Below, in pieces: positions 52,927 to 62,300 of a stretch of 64,000 nt of DNA (its first letter is position 1; every line of letters starts with the position of its first letter). The translations under genes were made by a program, and so were the position numbers. The stretch spans positions 2,016,001 through 2,080,000 of the forward strand of contig OZ244160.1 in the NCBI GenBank assembly GCA_965216325.1, given 5' to 3'. The stretch is from Coraliomargarita sp. (GTDB lineage: Bacteria > Verrucomicrobiota > Verrucomicrobiia > Opitutales > Coraliomargaritaceae). The notes under the pieces are model-generated. The model saw nothing but the letters and a program-made list of their open reading frames with translations, was not told the origin of the DNA and did no database searches.

Positions 52927-54132
52927 GTGCACTGCCTCATTCTAGGCAAGCTCTGGCCTGAGCCCTCTTCGACGGCGGCTGGGCGCCGCACTTTGGATAT
53001 TATCCGCACGCTGCGTGTTGCTGGCTGGGATGTTAGTTTTGCATCCGCAGCAACAGCGACGGAGCATACTATTGATCTCGGTCGATTAGGGGTCGAGGTG
53101 CGCGCAGTTGAGGTGAATGACTCCGTATTTGATTCATGGATACAAGAGCTGAATCCTGATGTTGTCGTGTTTGATCGATTTATGGTCGAGGAGCAATTCG
53201 GATGGCGTGTTGAGAAAGCCTGTCCTCAAACCTTGCGCGTCCTTGATACCAGCGATCTGCATTGTTTGCGCCATGCGCGCCAGCAGCAAGTGCTCAAGGG
53301 GGAAGCCTTTGATCTCTATAACGAGGTGGCTTTGCGCGAAATTGCATCGATTCATCGTTGTGATCTGTCATTGATGATTTCGGAGTATGAGGTGGATATA
53401 CTGCATCGCGAGTTTGCGATCCCGCAGGGGCAAGTGGCCTATTGGCCGTTTAGTGTAGAATTGTCCGATGCCCCGCAGCCTGCTTTTGATGCACGCCAAC
53501 ACTTTGTGATGATTGGTAGCTTCATGCATCCGCCGAATTTGGATGCAGCTCGTTGGTGTAAGCAGGCAATCTGGCCCTTAATTCGTGAGCAGCTTCCGGG
53601 GGCTGAGCTGCATTGTTATGGATCTTATGGCGAAAAGTATGCAGGCGAGCTGCATGCGCCAAAGGACGGTTTTTATTTTAAAGGCCGTGCTAAGGATGCG
53701 TTGGAAACCTTAGGGCAGTATCGCGTGAACCTTGCCCCCTTACGATTTGGTGCGGGGCTCAAGGGGAAGGTCTTCGATGGCTTCGAGGCTGGCACGCCGA
53801 CGGTGACAACGCAAGTCGGTGCGGAGGGAATTGCTCGTGAGGATGTTTGGGGATGTGTGCTGTCTGATGAGCCTGAGCAATTCTCTGCTGCAGCGGTAAG
53901 GCTCTATCGGGAGGTCGATTTTTGGCAGCAGGTTCAACAAAACGGGCGTTCGATTCTTAAGGAGCGCTTTGGCGCTGCTACGTGGCTGACGGAATTGCCT
54001 GCAATTCTAGAGGTTGGATTGTCCAGCCGTGCGGTGAATCGTCGACAGCATTTTGTGGGTCGAATGTTACGCCACCATCATCATCGCAGCACTGAGTTTA
54101 TGAGTCGTTGGATTGAGGCAAAGAATCGTTGA
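52927..54132 (+). CDS. glycosyltransferase (GT4-like)
   Basis: WPEPSSTAAG, FDRFMVEEQFGW, APLRFGAGLKGK. Confidence 0.88.
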   Translation: MHCLILGKLWPEPSSTAAGRRTLDIIRTLRVAGWDVSFASAATATEHTIDLGRLGVEVRAVEVNDSVFDSWIQELNPDVVVFDRFMVEEQFGWRVEKACPQTLRVLDTSDLHCLRHARQQQVLKGEAFDLYNEVALREIASIHRCDLSLMISEYEVDILHREFAIPQGQVAYWPFSVELSDAPQPAFDARQHFVMIGSFMHPPNLDAARWCKQAIWPLIREQLPGAELHCYGSYGEKYAGELHAPKDGFYFKGRAKDALETLGQYRVNLAPLRFGAGLKGKVFDGFEAGTPTVTTQVGAEGIAREDVWGCVLSDEPEQFSAAAVRLYREVDFWQQVQQNGRSILKERFGAATWLTELPAILEVGLSSRAVNRRQHFVGRMLRHHHHRSTEFMSRWIEAKNR

Positions 54133-54134
54133 TT

Positions 54135-54237
54135 GTAGGGGCGTTGCTTGCGACGCCCGCCGCGTTGGAGCAGCTTTACTGTCTGCGGGCTTCGCCATTC
54201 GGCCATAAGCTCATGGTCGAAGGCAAGCAAAGCCCCT
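54135..54237. repeat. family C REPIN with a nested 27-bp hairpin, interrupted at its terminal CT|AC by IS110
   Basis: GTAGGGGCGTTGCTTGCGACGCCCGC...GCAAGCAAAGCCCCT|; the missing AC resumes at 55680-55681. Confidence 0.87.
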
Positions 54238-54359
54238 GCTATGTTCGTTTCTGTCAAGAGTGTAGAAGCGTGTGAGTGTTTTTACATAAGATAAGTGGTT
54301 TGTTTTGATTGCAATCGTCTTTGAGCGTCCACCGCGCATGGCCTCGGAGTTTCGATGAT

Positions 54360-54515
54360 CCGGGATAACCTGCTATCCGTTTTTCTGAGTGTTTCTCAGA
54401 AGAGCACACTATGACCTATCCATTGGGTCATTCAAAAGCTTGGTGGCGAAGTGGCCTATTCTACAAAATCGTTGTGTTGGCAACAGGGGCTTGGTCAGAC
54501 TCACTCCGCACAAAG
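54360..54515 (-). ncRNA. putative bridge/seek RNA core (target- and donor-binding loops); RNA ends unknown
   Basis: Two stem-internal loop-stem modules whose loops match the REP target (AAGCCCCU, GUAG) and the circle junction (UCAUAG, AUAGC). Confidence 0.72.
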
Positions 54516-54573
54516 GAAAACTGCAAAAGAACGTTAAAATCAGAGGGTGAAGGCCTTTAGCGTTGGTTCGGAC

Positions 54574-55662
54574 TTATGGGTTTTGTCTGCTTATCAGTCC
54601 GAAGTCTTCGAGACTGCATTGGCCAGTGCGTATGCGCCACCAGTCCACGGCGAACTGCCGGGCGATGGCCACGGCAATTTTCTTGCGGGTCGCCTTACTG
54701 GTGGTCTCGTCGCTGAGCTTGGCCTGCCATTTACGCACCCCACTGTAGCCGGGATTCCACCGGATCAATAACCAGGCGCACTCTTGTAGCATATGCCGCA
54801 GGCGGGGACTGCCGTGTTTGTTGATCGAGCCCTGGAAACGCCGATTTGCACTAGTGTCTTCGCTTGGGCACAGTCCGGTAAAGGAACTGACCGCCTTGCG
54901 GTTGTTGAATCGCTTCCAGTTGCAGACCTCACGTTCGATCTGTTCATAGAGGACCACCCCCATGCCTTTAGGCAGCACCCGTTCCGGCTCGAGCGCTTCG
55001 ATACGTTCTTCGATGTTGCTGATTAGCTCGCTAAAGTGCAGGCAGTTTAACCGCAGTGGCTCCAGCAGGCTGATCAAAAAATCGTCGAGCTGTTCGAGTA
55101 GCTGCATCCATTTGCGCGGCTTCCACCAGCCGCTGGGTAAGGGTTGATCGTAATACAGTCCCAGACTCTTACCACGCTTGGCCGCACGGCCACGTTCTTT
55201 GACGAAGCTTTCACGCTGCCGGGTTAGGCTGCGGTGACGCTCTTCTTGCTCGCTGGGCACACGCACGACACTGAAGCTGCGGTCATTGCCCCGCAGATAG
55301 CCGTCCAGACTCAAGACCATTTGCAACGCATCACGCGCGTCGGTCTTTACCTTCTTACCATGAGTGTCCCAGTTGATCGGGCGGATTACGTGGTTGTTCA
55401 CGCCCATCGCCTTGAGCTTGCGGTGCAGGCTGTAACCAAAAGGACCGGCCTCGTAGCAACTTTGCAACTGCTCGCACTGAGTGCTCAGCTGCTTAATCCA
55501 TCGAAGGAAGATATCAGGCTTCATGCGCTTCGCGCGTGAAGGGGCGCTGCTATCGATCTTCATGACCACCACGTAGGTGCTCGCATGCACGTCAATGCCA
55601 AGCTTGATTACTGTGCCCAGTGCGTTCTTAGTTGTCCGTGTAGATGATGTGGGGTTTTGCAT
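54574..55662 (-). CDS. IS110-family DEDD recombinase/transposase
   Basis: LGIDVH, CYEAGPFG, KTDARDA (DEDD), FTGLCPSEDTSA (Tnp-domain Ser), INKHGSPRLR. Confidence 0.95.
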   Translation of the reverse strand: MQNPTSSTRTTKNALGTVIKLGIDVHASTYVVVMKIDSSAPSRAKRMKPDIFLRWIKQLSTQCEQLQSCYEAGPFGYSLHRKLKAMGVNNHVIRPINWDTHGKKVKTDARDALQMVLSLDGYLRGNDRSFSVVRVPSEQEERHRSLTRQRESFVKERGRAAKRGKSLGLYYDQPLPSGWWKPRKWMQLLEQLDDFLISLLEPLRLNCLHFSELISNIEERIEALEPERVLPKGMGVVLYEQIEREVCNWKRFNNRKAVSSFTGLCPSEDTSANRRFQGSINKHGSPRLRHMLQECAWLLIRWNPGYSGVRKWQAKLSDETTSKATRKKIAVAIARQFAVDWWRIRTGQCSLEDFGLISRQNP

Positions 55663-55721
55663 AAGTTTATCATCATAGCACTTCCGTGCTCCTGATAAAC
55701 GCCCATGTCATCTTCGTTTTA

Positions 55722-56603
55722 TTAGCCTAGCACTTGCTGCAGGCGTTCGATGAGCTCGGCGCGGATGGGGCGGGCGGCTTCGGAGAGTTTGCGTTGGCGA
55801 CGCTCGTAGGTGGCGCGGCCTGTGGCGGTTTCGACGGGTATGGCGTCGTAGCCGAGCGAGCTGCAGTCGTAAGCGCTCGCTTGCATGTCGAGTTCGCGTG
55901 CGCGAATGGCCAATTCGAAACTCTTCCACAATAGTTCCGAACCGACCCAAGGCATGCATTGGGCGGCCAGTTTGTAGAGGTCCATGTTGGTGTGTAGGCA
56001 GCCGCACTGTTCGTTGTCGAGGCGGTCGTCTTTGCCGGGCTGGATGCGATTGAAGCGCTTGGCGGATGGTGTAAAGAAGCGGAAGGCGTCGAAGTGGCTG
56101 CAGTTGATCGGGCGGCTTTCGACGAAGGCATTCACTTCTGCTTGGCTGAGGCGCAGGGGCAGCTTTTCGCCGTGACGGATTTCACCGTCGTTATCGCCGC
56201 GATACACCATGGCCCACTCATGCATGCCGAAACATCCGAACTGTGGCGGGCGGGCGTGCACGGCCTTAGAGAGCTTGAGGGCGAAACTCAAACGACGCCG
56301 GTTGCCTGCATCCAGCTTGGATGGATCCAAGACGAGTCGGCCATCCTGGGCCGTATAGAACTTCTCGTTAAACGCGTGTGGCTGGTTACCGAGCTCCAGT
56401 GCGACCCCCAGCCCGGGATGCCATGCCTCCAGTTGGGCGGGTGCGTTGCGGTAGTAAATGAAGAGAAAGTCGTAGATCGGGTGCATCTTGCCCGAGGCGC
56501 GCCGCTTGCGGTAGGGCGCCGTCCATGCTTCTGCTCGTGCCCGATGGGTGTTTGCCCTGTGGCGCCATGCTTCGAGACTTTGGTGTATGTGTGTCGTTGG
56601 CAT
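55722..56603 (-). CDS. conserved hypothetical protein (family often labelled 3-methyladenine DNA glycosylase; function not supported here)
   Basis: HPIYDFLF.YY, CFGMHEWAMVY, CSHFDAFRFF, GCLHTNMDLYK, RELDMQAS.YD. Confidence 0.75.
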   Translation of the reverse strand: MPTTHIHQSLEAWRHRANTHRARAEAWTAPYRKRRASGKMHPIYDFLFIYYRNAPAQLEAWHPGLGVALELGNQPHAFNEKFYTAQDGRLVLDPSKLDAGNRRRLSFALKLSKAVHARPPQFGCFGMHEWAMVYRGDNDGEIRHGEKLPLRLSQAEVNAFVESRPINCSHFDAFRFFTPSAKRFNRIQPGKDDRLDNEQCGCLHTNMDLYKLAAQCMPWVGSELLWKSFELAIRARELDMQASAYDCSSLGYDAIPVETATGRATYERRQRKLSEAARPIRAELIERLQQVLG

Positions 56604-56726
56604 GGGTGATTTGGAGCGCCGGAGCCGGATAAATTTGGTGAGTCAGTTGCACTTGCTCGGAAAGGCGATAACTTTACAGCTTACGTTAGATTGAAATATG
56701 AATCTTTGTATTGAGGGTGGTGAATT

Positions 56727-57965
56727 ATGAGTGTGATAGATGCACCGGATCGGCTAAAAATTTTGAAGCAAACTCAGTTGCTGGACAGTGCTCCAGAGGA
56801 GGCGTTTGATCGCTGGACCCGTCTGGCGGCTCGCATTCTAAATGCTCCCGTATCCTTGGTGTCAATTGTGGATGATGAGCGGCAATTTTTCAAAAGTTGC
56901 ACGGGGGAAATAGCGGAACCTTGGGGCAGTCAGCGGGGCACGCCCTTGTCGCATTCCTTTTGTAAATATGTGGTGGGAGCGGATGCGAATTTGGTGGTGG
57001 GGAATGCGCCGAAGGATCCGAAGTTGCAGGATCATCCTGCGGTGGCAGCGCTCGGTGTGGTTGCTTATTTGGGGATCCCGTTAACCATTTCTGGAGGCTA
57101 TACTATTGGCTCGATGTGCATGATTGATTCGAAGCCGCGGGAGTGGACGCAGGAGCAGATCGAGACCTTGCAGGATCTCGCGGCATCGGTGGTGGCTGAA
57201 ATTGAATTGAGGCTGATGGTGCGTGAGTTGCAAAAAAGTCATTTGCAGTTGCGTGAGTTCGAGTTGCAGAGCGAAGAGTTGGCGGATCTGATGATCAAGG
57301 ATTTGCAGGGCCCGTTGGGTTCCGTTCAATCGAGTATTGAGTTGGCCCTGGGTCGTTGTGGTGCGAGTGAGATGCAGCGTCGATTTTTGGATGCTGCTTT
57401 GGAAAATACGCGCACGCTGGCACGGATGGTAGATACGATTGTGGATCAGGGAGCCGACGATCGCGGGAGATTGGAGTTCCAGTTGGAGCCGGTGGATCTG
57501 CAGGCTTTGCTTCAGGAGGAGATGGGACATTTACAGGCGTCGGCCAATCGAAAGTCTGTGCGCATGCAGCTGATTGCGCCGTCGCACTTGCCGAAGGTGC
57601 GCGCGGATAAGCAGCGGATTGCTCGTGTGATTGCGAACATGATGGCGAATGCCTTGCGGCACACTCCGATTCACGGCTGCGTCCGTTGTTCAATTACGCA
57701 GCTGTGTAAAGGCGATGTGGAGCTGTTGCAGCTAAGTATTCGAGATGAGGCGAGTTCGATCCCGCAAAAGTTTCGCAAGCTGGTCTTTGATCGCTGTGGT
57801 CAATTGAAGGCCAAGCGTTATAATCTGAGGACCGTGGCGTATGGAATGCCATTGAGTCGCGTGGTGATTGAAGGCTGTGGGGGTGAGGTTTGGATTGAGA
57901 GTAAGTTGACTGAGGGTACGACGTATTGCCTGTCGTTGCCCTTGGTGTCGGCCGTAGCGGATTGA
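56727..57965 (+). CDS. GAF-domain sensor with degenerate histidine-kinase core
   Basis: GAF (LLDSAPEEAFDR, SFCKYVV, YLGIPL, GSMCMID); H-box reads IKDLQGPL; N-box NMMANALRHTP. Confidence 0.85.
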   Translation: MSVIDAPDRLKILKQTQLLDSAPEEAFDRWTRLAARILNAPVSLVSIVDDERQFFKSCTGEIAEPWGSQRGTPLSHSFCKYVVGADANLVVGNAPKDPKLQDHPAVAALGVVAYLGIPLTISGGYTIGSMCMIDSKPREWTQEQIETLQDLAASVVAEIELRLMVRELQKSHLQLREFELQSEELADLMIKDLQGPLGSVQSSIELALGRCGASEMQRRFLDAALENTRTLARMVDTIVDQGADDRGRLEFQLEPVDLQALLQEEMGHLQASANRKSVRMQLIAPSHLPKVRADKQRIARVIANMMANALRHTPIHGCVRCSITQLCKGDVELLQLSIRDEASSIPQKFRKLVFDRCGQLKAKRYNLRTVAYGMPLSRVVIEGCGGEVWIESKLTEGTTYCLSLPLVSAVAD

Positions 57966-58048
57966 GTGGGGTGACCACTGCGCGGTGCAGCGATCTTGCG
58001 ATTTGTTTTGCTCGTCATCGGTGGTGGTGGCTGCCATGACATCGAACT

Positions 58049-59167
58049 ATGGCACAATCTTTTCAACAACTTGGTGTTCCTGCCGACCTGATCAAGGGGC
58101 TGGATGAGCTCGGTATTCACGAGCCAACGCCGATTCAGCGTCGCGCGATTCCGTTTCTCATGGATGATGGGGGCGATCTCATTGCGCAGGCGCAAACGGG
58201 CACGGGTAAAACGGCTGCTTTTGGTTTGCCGCTGTTGGCAAAGATTGATCCGACGCTCGATCAGATTCAGGGGCTGGTCATCGCGCCCACACGAGAGTTG
58301 GCCAAGCAGATTGGCAAGCAGCTGTTTAAATACACCAAGTATTGTAAGCAGAAGATCTTCGTGGAAGTCGCGGCAGGTGGTGACAAAATCGCGATTCAAG
58401 CGGAGCGTCTACAGCGTCCAACCCATATTGTCGTGGCGACTCCGGGGCGCTTGATGGATCTGTTAGAGCTCGACGCGTTGAGCCTCGAGTCGGTTAATCA
58501 TCTGATTTTGGACGAGGCCGACGAGATGTTGAGCATGGGCTTCAAGGAAGAGCTCGCGAAGATCATCAAGTTGACTGAGTGGCGTCGTAGCCTCTGGTTG
58601 TTCTCCGCGACTTTCCAAGCGAAGATTCGTCAATTGATCGAAGGCTCTATGTCGCCACAGGCGCACCGCATCAAGGTCGAGAAGGCGGATGTGGTGAACC
58701 CGAACATCGATCACCGCTTTGTGATCTGTGAGCGCGACGAGAAGGACGAGTTTATCGTCCAATACTTAAGCCGTCTGGATGATGAGCGCGGTTTAATCTT
58801 TTGCCGCACTAAGCAAGGCGCGATTCGGATGGGGCAGGTGCTCACGGAGGCTGGCTTTGCGGTCGGGGTGATTCAGGGCGACCTGAGCCAGAAAGATCGC
58901 GATAAGGTGATGCGTGCATTTCAGAAAGAGCGCATTCAGCATTTGATCGCGACTGATGTGGCGGCGCGCGGTATTGATGTCGAGGGCTTGGCCTTTGTGA
59001 TTCATCACCAGCTGCCAGATCAGATGCAGTATTACACCCACCGCAGTGGCCGCACCGCGCGCGCGGGTAAAACCGGCGAGTCCATCTGCTTGATTGAGCC
59101 TCAGCAGCGCCGCGACATCAATCGCATGGAAAGTGAGCTCGGCATTCGCTTTAGCATGGTGGATTGA
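58049..59167 (+). CDS. DEAD-box RNA helicase
   Basis: AQTGTGKT, PTRELA, TPGRL, DEAD, SAT, ARGID, HRSGRTARAG. Confidence 0.96.
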   Translation: MAQSFQQLGVPADLIKGLDELGIHEPTPIQRRAIPFLMDDGGDLIAQAQTGTGKTAAFGLPLLAKIDPTLDQIQGLVIAPTRELAKQIGKQLFKYTKYCKQKIFVEVAAGGDKIAIQAERLQRPTHIVVATPGRLMDLLELDALSLESVNHLILDEADEMLSMGFKEELAKIIKLTEWRRSLWLFSATFQAKIRQLIEGSMSPQAHRIKVEKADVVNPNIDHRFVICERDEKDEFIVQYLSRLDDERGLIFCRTKQGAIRMGQVLTEAGFAVGVIQGDLSQKDRDKVMRAFQKERIQHLIATDVAARGIDVEGLAFVIHHQLPDQMQYYTHRSGRTARAGKTGESICLIEPQQRRDINRMESELGIRFSMVD

Positions 59168-59174
59168 GCGCACG

Positions 59175-59313
59175 CGTAGCGCGAAGCTTTAGCGAGCGCT
59201 TCTTCTCTCGTGCTTTAGTCTAGGTCTGCTGGAAAGCGGCAATATGCCGCTTCTACTCTGGTGTTCTGTTTGCTTGTGGCTCGGATGAGCGCTTGCTGAA
59301 GCGGCGCGCTACG
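59175..59313. repeat. GTAG REPIN (family B)
   Basis: CGTAGCGCGAAGCTTTAGCGAGCGCT...AGCGCTTGCTGAAGCGGCGCGCTACG. Confidence 0.83.
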
Positions 59314-62300
59314 GCACGATGCGCTCCACGCGGATGCGCATGAATTTGGCGTCGCCGCTGACGGTAATGGTTGCGGTGACGGTTTGGAGGCCGTCGGTTG
59401 TGCTGCCGCGCTCAATCGTTACGCCTGCTTCCGTCCAGTTGTCGGCGCCGAGTTCGGAGATGGTTTCGACGATGTAATTGATGTCGGGAAGCTCGGTATC
59501 TTCGACGTAGGTGAGCTGCAGTTGCCTGCTGCCGTCCTCCAGTAGCTCGGTGCTAATTGGCAGGCTTGTGGGCTGAGTCGGGTCGAGGCGGAACGCGTAT
59601 TCGAGTAGATTGGCGATGCCGTCGAAGTCGAAGTCTTCGTCGTCGGCGGTATTCTCAACGGTAGTGCCGAAGTTCTCTGCCCGGTAGTTATCGAAGGGGA
59701 GGTCTTCGATGGTGACCTTGGCTTGGCTGGTGCCCAGAGCGTATTGAAGGGAGCTGTCGAGAGTGAGGATGACTTCTTCGTCGCCTTCGCTCTCACTATC
59801 GCTGAGCGCGGTTAGTATGATGGAAACCATATCCTCCTTGGCGGGCAGGGTAATGGTGCCTGCGAGGGGGGTGAAATCGTCACCGCTGGTGGCCGTGCCG
59901 GAAATGCTGTAGCTAATTTCAAGATCTACGCCGATTGCCTGACTGGAGGTGATTACAAATTCGCCGGTGTCGCCGGTATCAAATTCCATGGCTACCGGGT
60001 CGATGGCGGTGATCGAGAGTGTCGGCAGTGTTTGTTCGCAGCATACGAAACCGGAGATGGTGATGTTGTCGACCGCCCAACCGTCGCTGTCGACGCTTTC
60101 ATCACTGGCCATGTGCCAGCGGATGCGGACGTTTTGATCGGCTGCGCTGGGTGGGAATTGTGCAATGGTGGTGATGAAGCCATTTGAGATACCGGTCCAT
60201 GCGGATTGCCCGCCAATGGGGCTACTGTAGTTGGTCGCGATCAGATTGTCGTAGCCGTTTTGGGTAAAGTTGCCGCCTGCTGCGGTCCACTCCTGCCAAC
60301 TGCCTCCGTTAATGGAGATTTCGAGAACGCCACCGTCGAAGCGATTTTCGATGTCGTAGTTGTGGTCGAAGCGGAGTTCGGAGTCGGCTTGGATGGTTGG
60401 TAGTGTTTCGGCGACGAGGAATGCCGAATTGGTGGAGGTGCTTGCGTTCGTGTGTGCGGCGTTTGGGGCTGATGCGGATATGCTACTGCTGGTGCTCCAG
60501 TTGGCGGCACTGTCTCCGGAGTTTTGGCTGAAGGAGGTGGGGAGTTGGCCGATTGCTGTGCTGTCGAAGTTCTCTGCGAAGAGGTTGGTCTCGACGCCCA
60601 AGCTTAGGTTCTGACTTAGTTGATTGGAACCAATGCTGCTATTGACGAGGAAGTGGATGGTTTCTGTGTCGCCGCAGCTACCGGAAAGTGAGAATTGCAC
60701 GCTGATTGTAGTGGACTCGCCAGGGGCTAGATCGGGCACGGGCTGGGTGGCTTCGCCGTCGATGCTGAGGTTGCTGCTGCCGCTAAGGGAGAGGCTACCG
60801 TTGGTCGCGGTGCTGCTGCCAGAGTTGGTGATGGTGACTTCGGCTTGTACGGTTTCGTCGGGGTCCGGGCTGCCGTTGGTCGGGATGCAGCTTTCTGCAG
60901 TGATGGTGAAGTTGCTGACTTGGATGGGGCTGGCGTTGCTTAGGTTTAGCTGAATGTCATACATCTGTGCGTTATTGACGGAGCCGCTGTTTTCGCCGCC
61001 GCCGGTAATTTCGATGTAATAGTTCTGATTGGCTTGGGTGAGTTGTACGCCGGAGAGCTGCTCAGGTTGGCCGATCCCGGCACTGTCGGAACTGGCGAGC
61101 ACGGTGCTTCCGTCAGGTGCCAATACGCGCACAATCAGATTTTGCCTCGATCCCGGATCAAAGTTCGTGCCTGCACTGCAGGAGCCGTTGTTGCGCTGCT
61201 CGCCCTCAAGGTAGGCGGCTTGGGTCGTGGGTGCTATGGTGAGGCTTAATTCACGGGGGCCGCTCAGTTGAAAGCGGAACAGGTCGACATCGGAGGCGTT
61301 GGCGATGGAGAGGTCGTTGATGCTCCAGCTATTGCTCAGTTGGCCGAGGTTATGGGCGGTTGAGATGGTGTCGTTGTTTTTGTTGTTACCCTGGCGCTCG
61401 AAGGGGTCGCCATAGAGCTCCTGTGCGGTGAGTATGTCGTCGAATTGGGGCCCTAGGAAGCTGGTGGTCGCGTAGGGTTCCATGAGTTTGGTGCGGTCTA
61501 TGGGGCAGACGTGACTGATCCCGAGGCCGTGGCCGTGCTCGTGAGCGATGACGTTGGTGAAGAAGTTCTCTCTGCCGGCACCGAGGTTGGCGGAGTCGGC
61601 GCTGTCGATGACCATGTCGCCCACATCCGGAAAGTAGTTAAAGGCGAGCACGTTGCTGTCGCCATCGATGCGGGTGCCGCCGATTCGCACGTCGCCCCGA
61701 ACGCCCACTTCCCCTCGGGGAGAGGTCGAGTTGGTAAAGTTGATCATGTCTGCACCATCGTCGTTTGGCTCGTAGATGTAGACGTTGCCGGTGGCTTCGG
61801 CCCAGAAGTTGAAGGCGTTATTGAATAATTCGAACCAAGGCGCTTGCGTGAGGTCGCTTGGCACGGGGGAGCTTCCGTAGGCTGCATTCAGTTTGGCGAT
61901 CAGATCACTCGGGGCGGTGGCGTCGTTGCCGTCGGGAATGATGGTGCCGTCGGGCACGAAGCTCCAGTAAATGGTGACGGGAGTGCCTTCGCCGCCGGTT
62001 GAACCGTCGGGGCCTGTGCGCCCCCAGCGATCGTCACCTTGCAGTGCCGGCATGGCGGTTGGGAGTTGCCCCTGTTTGGTGTAGGCCAGTGAGCGCACAT
62101 CCTCGAACGCGCTGCGTTCGGCTGGGCTGACTTTGGCTGACCAGCATAACTGAGGCGAGAGTGCTAGTGGGCGACTGAGGACGCCTTCGCTGTAGCGGAT
62201 CAGGCGTTCTGCGGCATCGGAAGAGAGGGCGGCATAGTTGTCAAAACTAGTGGCCTCGCGAATGTGCTGGATCGCTGCAGACTTTTTGGGGTGCCGCTTG

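Larger units (their letters stand above)
54238..55679 (-). mobile_element. IS110-family insertion sequence, IS1111-like layout, 1442 bp
   Basis: Ends GCTATG.../...CATAGC; excision restores AAGCAAAGCCCCTAC, identical to 10580-10594; 17-bp upstream end and 336-bp downstream non-coding end. Confidence 0.88.

Noticed and set aside
54251..55710. Alternative IS110 boundaries using the shared TGTCA (54252-54256 / 55706-55710) or a CT core (54236-54237 / 55681-55682)
   Set aside because: Neither restores the REP end CCCCTAC, and they give 28-bp or 19-bp promoter spacers; 54238-55679 restores the REP, gives a 16-bp spacer and matches the guides
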